Assembly: GCA_964016885.1 (NCBI GenBank)
Contig: OZ024740.1
Coordinates: 117,180,001 to 117,244,000, forward strand
Source of the DNA: Eledone cirrhosa
Lineage: Eukaryota
Length of the DNA: 64,000 nt
Direction of reading: 5' to 3'
In this document: positions 53,300 through 64,000 of the stretch, one piece after another
Layout: each line of letters starts with the position of its first letter
Position numbering within the stretch: the stretch's first letter is position 1
Translations under genes and position numbers: made by a program
The notes under the pieces: generated by a model
What the model was told of the DNA's origin: nothing
What the model saw: only the letters and a program-made list of their open reading frames with translations
Databases searched by the model: none

Positions 53300-55454
53300 A
53301 ATTATATAAATACCTCAGATATAGAGTGCTTTGTCTGGAAATATTAACTAAATTTCTCTCAAATTATACCCAACCACTTGAAAAATATATATACAAGATA
53401 ATGTTGTCCTAGATACACTATCTTTAAAAATAAAATAATTTTAATGCCTTTGATCATAGGTTTGGTCGATCAGGACCGATCCTACGCTAAACAACAATAA
53501 GTATATGTGTGAATGTATATGTAATATGAATGTATATGTAATATGATTTTATAATGTAAAGAAACAACTATTTAAAATAAAATAAGAAAAGAAAGTAAAA
53601 TGGCAGTCAGTCAATGTCAAAACGTTTCAGATGAATTTATATTATAGTTCTATTATAGTGGAGCCAAAGCTTCGTTGGGTTATTGAAACGATAATATCCA
53701 AAGCAGACATAAGCAATTCTCTTTAAATATCATATATGGTATCCCTAGATAGACATTGCTTTGTAATGGTGACTGAAAATGAGGGGTGATGGAGTGAAAG
53801 GAAGTTGGGTGAATGAAATGATCTGCTGAATGTTTGAGAAGACATCTTTTAGAACGAACATTTAGACGAGATTAACCGGTTTCTACATTAGCTCATAATT
53901 TGAAATGGGGAATAATACAAGTCGGAAATAATCTTCAGATAAAGCCCCAAAGCAGATATCATAAAAATGTTTTATTGCTATTGTTATTGTTGTTGCTGTT
54001 GCTGGTGGTGGTGTTATTATTATTATTATTATTTCAGAGAAGATAAGGGAAAGAAAGTAGTGGAAATTAACGGGGAAAGACCCTAACTAACGTGTTAAAA
54101 CATTCCTATTTAGCTTACTCATCCATCATCTGTTAAAGCAAAAAATACTCAAACTATCTGTGACCCGGCACAGCGGAATATATATATATGGGGGGGGGGG
54201 GTCTATTTAATCATGAACTACACATATGAAATAAATAATAATCCACTCAAAGGTCCAGACAAACGAAGTAAACATTAAAGATAGGGATGGTTTAAAATGT
54301 TTTCATTTTACTAAGACTCTAGTATGTGGAAGTAAATCCATATTACAATTTATCAGGCTTACAACAAAATAGCAATGAAAAAAATCTTTTCCCCATACAT
54401 ACTGTAGAATCACATTGAACTTTAGATCTACTTGGTATGTCTCAAATAAGTTGAATCTCTTGGCTTATTAACTTATTAATCTTGTTTTATATAGAGTAAT
54501 AAGTAAATAGGTCGAGCGATATAAGAAGAACCATGGCTGAGAGGTTCGTGTCTATCCTATGACGATAGAAGTTCGACAAATAGGGTTCGATGTATTAAGT
54601 ACTCGACTTGAAAAAATATATATTGGCGTCGATATACTCAACTAAAATGCTTATAAAGCGGTCCTTGTTTGGCATTAGTCTGGTGACTGAAACCAGTAAA
54701 ATTATAAAAGAAAAGAATAAAAAGTATGGACCTGATATTTCTAATATAGACACTCTTGCGTTCTCGTTTCTGAGAAGCAAGAAGCTTCATAGAAATATAT
54801 GATTCGGCAATCTAGCTATGAGCCATGACTGAGTTTTTAATATGTAAAGGACATGCCTAGAAATTAAAAAAATAAAGATAAAATAAAATTTACAGGTCCC
54901 ACATATGCTGGCCTCCTGCAAAGTTACATCTCTTAGAGGGTTTTTAGGATGTTTTAAGGCTTAGGGTAAGGGTTGGCGTTTGAAGAATTTTTAGGATTCT
55001 AGTAAAATTATTAATTTATTACTAAGATAGTAACTTAAATTATGATTCTTATATAAAATTATGCTGGAAGATTTTAGTTTAAAAGCTAACCCAAATATGT
55101 GTTTTAGTATATAGAATCAGAACTGGATTTAGCCAGGTTGATATCAAAAGTGGTAATGATAGTGGCTCCAATCCTATCATGAAAAGTAACGGGAAATGGA
55201 GCGTCTTGCTCAAGAACACAACGTGCCATTCGGTTCAGAAATTCAATCTACGACCTTATGATCACGTGTTGAACAATCTAACCACCAGGCCACACCCCTA
55301 TCTCTTTGAGAGATTGTGTATAATTTCATTATCATAGTTCACATAATCTCGCCACCCGTAAATGTATGGGTGTGTTGTTGCATTTATTTATGTGTGCGTC
55401 AATGGATGCGTGTACGTATTCGTATGTTTCTGGGTGTACCAGTGAAGGAATGAC

Positions 55455-55603
55455 TGTGCGGTTAACGAATTCATTTCACAACCACATGGTTCCGAGTTCA
55501 ACTCCACTGCGTGGTTCCTTGTGCAATTATCCTCTACTATTTCCGTACGATGACCAATATTTTGTGAATGCAATTTGGTAAACAGAAAGAGTGCGGAAGC
55601 CTG

Positions 55604-55605
<2 letters not shown>
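55455..55605 (+). mobile_element. Second SINE family copy
   Basis: GAGTTCAACTCCACTGCGTGG...TTGTGAATGCAATTTGGTAAACAGAAA...GAAGCC followed by a microsatellite. Similar copy at 61255-61410. Confidence 0.7.
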
Positions 55606-55684
<79 letters not shown>

Positions 55685-55689
<5 letters not shown>

Positions 55690-55850
55690 AGTTATTCCGG
55701 GTTGAATCGGAAGTAACCACAGTAAGTAAGGTACTCAATACATAGCAGAGTATAAAAGTTTTAATATGAGATTCAGAACTGTTTCATACACGCAAAGACA
55801 AAACCAGATTCCTGATGATTTCTAAAGAATGAAACAGTTCTGAATCTCAT
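55685..55850. mobile_element. Short PLE-like island with 22-bp IR and HHR-like motif (55806-55847, plus)
   Basis: AGAUUC|CUGAUGA U UUC UAAA GAA U GAAACAGUUCU|GAAUCU. IR 55766-55787 / 55829-55850. (TA)n on both sides. Confidence 0.6.
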
Positions 55851-55857
55851 CTATATA

Positions 55858-55971
<114 letters not shown>

Positions 55972-56219
55972 GGGAGAGAAAGAGAGAGAAATGAGTTAGT
56001 GAGTAGATGTGCATCTTTCACTAATGTATATCAGTGAATGATATAAACATCAGTGAAAAGTCAGAAAACCGGTGCTTAACGAAAGAAGTCTCTTGAGATA
56101 TTTGTTCTGCATCGTGTTAGACACTTCCGCATCACTCTCACCGTCACAAATGAAGCGAACTAATGATAAACACATTGAAAATATATAATTAACTCTATTA
56201 TTGTTCACAAAGTTTGATA

Positions 56220-57111
<892 letters not shown>

Positions 57112-57115
<4 letters not shown>

Positions 57116-57472
57116 AAGTTAAAACAATGAAATAAAAAATCAAGTCATTAGAAATATACTTCACTGCTTTACGATTGTTTCTAGGTGATGATAATACATC
57201 GTAACTATACTTCGATATCGATCTATGTAACGTTGGTTACAAAATATCAGATAAAGAGAATATTTACTTACATGCATATCACCACTTTTGACAACAGCTG
57301 GTGATATGCATGTAAGTAAATATTCTCTTTATCTGATATTTTGTAACCAACCTTACATAGATCGATATCGAAGTATAGTTACGATGTATTATCATCACCT
57401 AGAAACGATCGTAAATCAGTGAAGTATATTTCTAATGACTTGATTTTTTTTATTTCAATGTTTTAACTTATA
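57112..57472. repeat. About 173-bp-arm foldback palindrome (14-nt spacer) with HHR 3' half
   Basis: Arms 57112-57284 / 57299-57472. GAAAC GAUC GUA at 57402-57413. Confidence 0.9.
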
Positions 57473-59084
57473 TCATGACTCGGTTTTCCTTTTAATGTTT
57501 TATTGTTTTCCGGGATTTATTTTACCTACAACATTTTCAACATATGGACTACATTGAGTTCTTCGTGCAGAATAGACCCCACAACTTACCGTGGATATCT
57601 CTGTGTGTATATATATATATATATTGGATGAACTCATAATTAAAAAGCTCATAAAACAAAGCCTATGCATCGATCTTAACCACAAACTCATAGAATATAT
57701 GTAATACAAAATTAGGTTAACCTAGGATTAAACATGAACGCTTTTACTTCCATCTTCTACCTCACTTTTACATTCTCGCTATACATATCGCTTCCCTCTC
57801 TCACTCTTTCTCACTCTCAGACTCTACCCTTTCATTCTTCCCTTTAACTTTCTCTTGCGATCAGCTCATTTTTTAAATGAATACACATCCATACATGGAC
57901 AAACACGCAGGCGCAAATATATATACGCTCATTCAACCACACACGCAAACGCAAACACAGGCGCACAAGACACACAACACACAAAATACATATGCATATA
58001 CAAAAGCATACGCACACACACATACACAAACACACATAATACGCAAACGCAAGATACCCACACGCACTCACCCACATCCATACACACAGTCACACACATC
58101 CATCCATACAAACACACATGTTACATATCTACCAACTCTATAAGTAAAAAAGAAAAAAAGTTCGTTTTTCAGTTTCTTGATGAATTTCAAATAGAAGATA
58201 ATGGCGACTGTCAATGACATTATCTCCCCTATGGGACAATGAATTATTCAAACGGAACTTTCAAACAGTTTTGCTGTCAGCCACTTGTCATTTTATGTTC
58301 AAGAAACCCCCCACCGGGCGCTCACATTTAAAATTTCGAACCGTTTCTTTATTATTATTATTATTATTTTGCACTTTTTGTTTTTTAATGTTACCTTTGT
58401 TGCTGTTATTTTGGTTATTTCGTTGGATTTTTTCATCATGTTTAATTACCACTTTTTTTTAGCAATAATTACATTTATGTATTTATATAATGAGGTTGTG
58501 TTGGTGGTATTATTGATGTCGGTCGAAATGCGGTAGTATTTTTGTTTTAGTATAATCTAGAGATTATGAATAATATGATACCTATATAATAATATTCTCT
58601 AAAAAGTAGGTTACAAACATACGCTCGTATGCATATACACACGCATATACATATGTTTAATCATTCATATGTACAGACCAACATAGGAAGGGGTATATAT
58701 GCGAAACACTGGAAATATTAAAAAATATGTACCCCTATGCGTGCATAGATGTACATTTTTTACGGCTTATTCAGAGAAGAAATAATAACGCCCATGATTA
58801 TTTCAGGGCCTCTGAGACTATTGGAGGGAAGAGAGGAAGAAATCATGTTTCAGCTTATCCTCAGAGTGGACTATGCTTAAAGCGCAGGAGGGACAGGTGG
58901 TTATTTACTTTTTTGCATTTAGCTATTTCAGCTAAAGTCAAGCTGCTATACTTCCTGGTGTTAAAACGAATGACGGAGTAAATCTCCCACACAGCAACAT
59001 GCATACATATATACATTGGAGGTACACCCATACATATTAATGTCCATCCATCCACCCATCCTTCCATACATACGTACGTGCATA

Positions 59085-59382
59085 CATGATGGCTGCCCCC
59101 TCGTTATCGAATATGGCCATTGCACGATATACCATTATTAATAATTATTAATTAATTCTATCGTGCAATGCCTGTGCGTGAAGATATTTTTTAAAGCGAG
59201 GAAAGACTGTGCACTGAGCCAATCCCACTCTCTGAGCGACAGTAGCTATAACCCGAAAAGAAGAAAAGATCAACGTCATCGGTAACTACTGAGCCGAAGA
59301 TTTTATATCGGAGTTATCCCAGTTTCCTGAGTTGCCTTCTCCTAGAAGAATGCCCTGACAAAGGCTAGGGGTCCTTCACTCC
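59085..59382 (-). mobile_element. RTE-related bipartite SINE-like copy
   Basis: Homologous to 18580-18893 and flanked by CATA-type repeats. Confidence 0.75.
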
Positions 59383-59599
59383 CATGCATACATACATGCA
59401 TACATACATGCATACATACATACATACGCACGTACGTACATTAGTTCATACATACATAGTACAAATACACTGGGTACCACAATCTGTTCTTGCAGGTTCT
59501 TTGTGCCACCAATTACATTTTAACACCTGAAGAAACTGAAGAAAGAAGGAAGTCTCGAAATGTATAGAACAACTACTAATTAACAAAATGATACAGAAA

Positions 59600-60900
59600 A
59601 AAACAGTGAAGAACAACAGATACTTGGCTGTAGAGTGTAGGACTAACAGAAGGCCTTTGATAGTATACCCATGTGGATTATCAAGGTTTTATGGTTAGCA
59701 AGTCCCACAACCTCTAGTAGCTGCTACCGAATACCTGACCACAATTTAGTAAAAACATCTGCTCCTTAGGGGTGATAGTATTGACTATCAAAAAGGCTCT
59801 TTCAGGGTGATAGCTTGATAATGCTGCCTTTCGTCCTTTCATTAAACCCACTATCCTACCTGCTCACAAATTATAATTGCATTAGAAGTGGATCCAGACG
59901 TATCTCCCATGTTTTCCTTGTCAATGACATGACATTGTATGGGCGAAATATCAACGACATAAAAAAAAAAACATTCGAGCTTATTACTCAATTATCAACA
60001 GATATTGGAATGAAATTTGTTGAATCTAAATGTGCATTTTTGACAATAAAATGTGGAAACGTTGGACCCTCCTACGAAAACCTAAAAATGAATGAATTGA
60101 CGATACAAACACTAGAGTCAGGTGACAACTATAGGTATCTTGGACAGGATGAGAATATCAGATATGGACCCATCTATAAGAAATGAATACCTCTGGTGAG
60201 TAAGGAGAATATGTTAATGAGATTTCTCAGCGTACAGCAGACACATTGCACATAATACTTTTGCTGTGCCCTTCCTAACGCCAGCATTAAAGCTGTTGAA
60301 CTGGTCATTGTAAGAACTGGGCGAGATGAATGTAAGGACTCGTAAACTACTTGGTGTTACCTAAAACTTTAACATCAATGGTGATGTGGATATGCCATAT
60401 GTCTCACGCCGGGGTCTAAAATTCATATTAACATCATAGGAGACCAGGATAATAACACTGAAGCAACATCTTCAACAGAAGAAAAAGTTCAGCGGCCATC
60501 TCACCCAGGTTTATGTGTATGAAGATAATAATATTGTTAGGGTAGTCATTGATCTATAAGAGAGACATGAAATAAGAAATTCTACAAATCTCTTTTCCAG
60601 TAACATTGTAAGAACAAATTAAAAAGTTGAGAAGGTTATCCATTCTTTTCCTGGGAAAATTTCTTATGAATATGTAGAAATGAATGAAAATTACAAACTC
60701 AAATCACAGCTCACACTAAGATTTAGACGGAACGTCGATACTTATATTGACAAACCAATATCGAGAAGAAAAATTATGACTGGAATTAACACAAAATCTA
60801 TACAATCCGTGATTAAAGTTGTCCGTGATGGAACGAGTAACTAAATACCACCTAACTCAAATTGAAGCTCTTTTATATTTTGCTATGTTCAGAGAATAAG
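59600..60900 (+). mobile_element. Degenerate R4/Dong-like RT fragment
   Basis: KAFDSI, FVLSLNPLSYLL, ISHVFLVNDMTLY (degenerate YMDD), DIGMKFVESKCA, YRYLG. Confidence 0.75.
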
Positions 60901-61404
60901 GAAAAAATATGTTTATGTTTCCTTATTTACACGGCGAGGCTTCTAATCAAACAAATATTGTTATATCTAGATCAAATTTATCTTAAATATTTTAATATAA
61001 TTCTTCTTCTTAATATTAGGCTATTATTATTATTGTTATTATTTAGGTTTGAAGACTCATATTATTAGGGGGCTAAAGGCTAAAGATTAAACTAAAAAGT
61101 AAAACAAAAACTTAAAAAGAAATCAACAACTAAAGAATCAATTCAGCGAGGATACGAAACCAGAATTTCGAAATAGCTTGCACGACAAAGGAGAGATATA
61201 CAAGCAGTAGACGGCTTATATATCAAAGCTTATAAGAAAACAAAACGTTATTAAAAGGGGGTTAAGGAGCTCGATTAATAACTGCATAGTTCAAGGTTCA
61301 GCCTTAATGTGCGGAAGCCAGGGTAGTTTCCTACCATATACTGGGGTTGAACAGTGCCTTGTGAGTGGAAGAATAATTTGGTACATGGAAATTGCAGAAG
61401 CTAG

Positions 61405-61594
<190 letters not shown>

Positions 61595-62217
61595 CAGTTT
61601 GTGTCTGCGGTTCTATAAAAAGAAATCGATAAAATAACTATCAGACTTGAAGAAATAAGCAGACACTTCGATAGTATGGTCGCAGTCAAACGTCTGAAAC
61701 CAATAAAATTATTTAAAAAATATCATATACTACCGAAAACCTATCTTGCTTCTGAGTAGCAATCTCAAACCAGCCTTCAAGGAAAGAAAACATGCGGCGT
61801 AATAATACCCATGAAAGAATTTACATCATATGTTGTGACTAGTTTCTAAGCTGGGGAGTTTATATTCCCTATGTGCTAGAAGGAGAGGAAGTTCTGGACG
61901 ATACCACCATATGTTGACGAAATAGGTAGGATGTGTTGAGTTAGTTGTCAACACCTTAGAGATACCATGACAGGGTCAGTTAATGAGAACTTTATTATTT
62001 ACACGCGCGCATACTCTCTTTCATTTTCACACACGCTGTAAATCTGTCTAGCTCAATCTATCAACACTGTATAAGTGTATGAGTGTGTATTTATATATGT
62101 ATATATACATAATATATATACCTGTGTATCCATATAGTGGGGTGTGTGTATATATATATATATGCAAACACACAGACGCGCGCGAATATATATAGTATTC
62201 AGAAACTGCAGAAGTCC

Positions 62218-62280
<63 letters not shown>

Positions 62281-62286
62281 AAAGAG

Positions 62287-62371
<85 letters not shown>

Positions 62372-62854
62372 TGTGCGAATGTTCATTTGTGCATGAGTAT
62401 GTTTGAACAGTATAGAAAGAGCGAGGTACACGCACACACACATACACGCAAATACATTAATGCGCCCATATGCTCACACACATACAAAACCCTAGTGTAA
62501 ACATTAACATACGTATATGATAACACTCAAGGATTTATTCATCTATATAGGTAATTATAAGCTGATGACACATATAACTGTAACCTTGTATAGACACCTA
62601 TATTTATTTATGCAGTAATATACTAGAGTGGAAGAATGTGTGGTTATGACGAAAGGAACACAAAAATATACAGGTAAAAGCGTATGCCTTTATACACGTA
62701 TAAAGGGATATAGATGTTTACAAACATGAGCTAAGTGAGATTTTGAGGCGTTCGTCTGTCGTAATTGAATTACGTGAGAGGAGGATATGCAGGACCATAA
62801 AGGCCAACTAGGGAGGTGTCTGATGTGCAGATTTCAGAAAGGTGCATTAATGAA

Positions 62855-63143
62855 ACTAGCAAAAAACCACCCTTCGGGTCGTTTTCTGCTAGCATGTGTA
62901 GTGTGTGTATTGATATTTTACGCAAGTATATATGCATGTAGATATGATACATCAAATAAAATCATAATTGACAATATACACAGAAATTGAACGAAAACTG
63001 TGCTACACTCTCTTATGTAATCAGTAACGTAATCCATGATACAAATCCCGTCGAGGTTGACTTTGCCTTTCATCCTTATGGGGTCGATAAAATAAAGTAC
63101 CATTGGGATAATTGCTGATCTTGTGCCAAAAGTAGAAACAATT
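62855..63143 (+). mobile_element. Second copy of the 2042-2230 repeat, joined to a partial SINE (63042-63143)
   Basis: Direct similarity to 2042-2230, then the SINE core. Confidence 0.75.
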
Positions 63144-64000
63144 ATTTTCCTACGATCAATAAGTAAAACACTAAACTTGTCATGATTTGGCGAAGTTGAA
63201 TATGGAGTGTGTTGTAGGCTTGGTAATTTTCCTAGTGTGGTCAGAGCAAGAAGTGTCAAAAACTATGTTCATCAGCATACCAAACAGTAACTTGAAATTG
63301 TTTTATTTGGGAGAATAATGTACATAACTGGGATAAGGAGGGATCACTGAAGGGCTAACTTACGAAACTAAATACCGAGGCGCCAACCGTTGGTTTACGT
63401 GTATACATTTGAACACATAGAACCTTATAATGTTATTTATTTTTACGAGTGTGAAATAAATGGCGTATATGGATTTAAGAAGGATATACTGATATCATAA
63501 TTTTATCATGAATACTGCATTAATAGAATTGTTTGACATTTTTTCAAGATATTACTTAGCTGTATATTATTGCTACGAACTTGCTTGTAGTTAACGTTTC
63601 CAGGAACCATCACGCGTGGCCCACACTGTCAAATGCGTTCTCGTTTATAATAGGTAATAGGAAATCTTTTTTTTAGGTATTCGATTTTACCAAGAATTGA
63701 CTAGTTAAAAATAAGATTAATGCAGCAAATTGATGTAGAAACTGCTACTTTCTGAATATATTAATAGCTTTACATTGTGGAAGATAATTTTAGCCACAAG
63801 AACTGTTACATTCGCTGTACATTTATCATTGTTTGTGATCTGGGGACTGAAAACTTTGACTTTAAGAAATAAATGATAAATAGAAAGAACAGATGATAAT
63901 TGTTGTCTGTTTTTGAATGTTAAAAATGAATTGTCTACGAAATAATTGCTTTCATTACAATATAGTCTCAAATGAAGTCAGTTGCCTGAAAAGTAAAACT

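Noticed and set aside
53870-53942. CUGAAGA...GAAACCGGUU on the minus strand
   Set aside because: No stem II or stem I pairing; likely chance.
54510-54608. Cloverleaf-like GTCGAG...CTCGAC structure
   Set aside because: It lacks proper tRNA boxes and continues into a SINE-type tail (GACTGAAACCAGTAAAA), so it was treated as a decayed SINE.
58845-58868. CUGAGGA UAAGCU GAAACAUGA on the minus strand
   Set aside because: No NUH site in register and no stem I.

Overview
AT-rich, microsatellite-dense eukaryotic (animal) DNA. It is most likely intergenic or intronic octopus/coleoid sequence; this is inferred from the SINE families and the (TA)n/(CA)n/(TACA)n density. No host protein-coding gene could be supported, and most short ORFs are microsatellite artefacts. 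The window holds a young, near-full-length RTE-clade LINE (about 7.1-11.2 kb, minus strand, two frameshifts) and RTE-derived bipartite derivatives. It also holds older RTE, R4/Dong-like and CRE-like fragments, a Penelope-like element (PLE) remnant with a GIY-YIG domain, a deleted Tc1/mariner element, about 20 tRNA-derived Deu/Nin-domain SINE copies and a tRNA-Leu pseudogene. The most striking signal is about 15 short non-coding elements of mostly unrelated sequence sitting in or next to (TA)n tracts. Many are long foldback palindromes or partial tandems, and nearly all carry a type I hammerhead ribozyme (HHR) motif: CUGANGA...GAAA, a palindromic stem/loop III and an NUH site. Several have unusually long, branched stem II insertions. 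These look like a diverse population of microsatellite-associated, HHR-bearing non-autonomous PLE/retrozyme-like elements. All folds were read by eye and none was computed.
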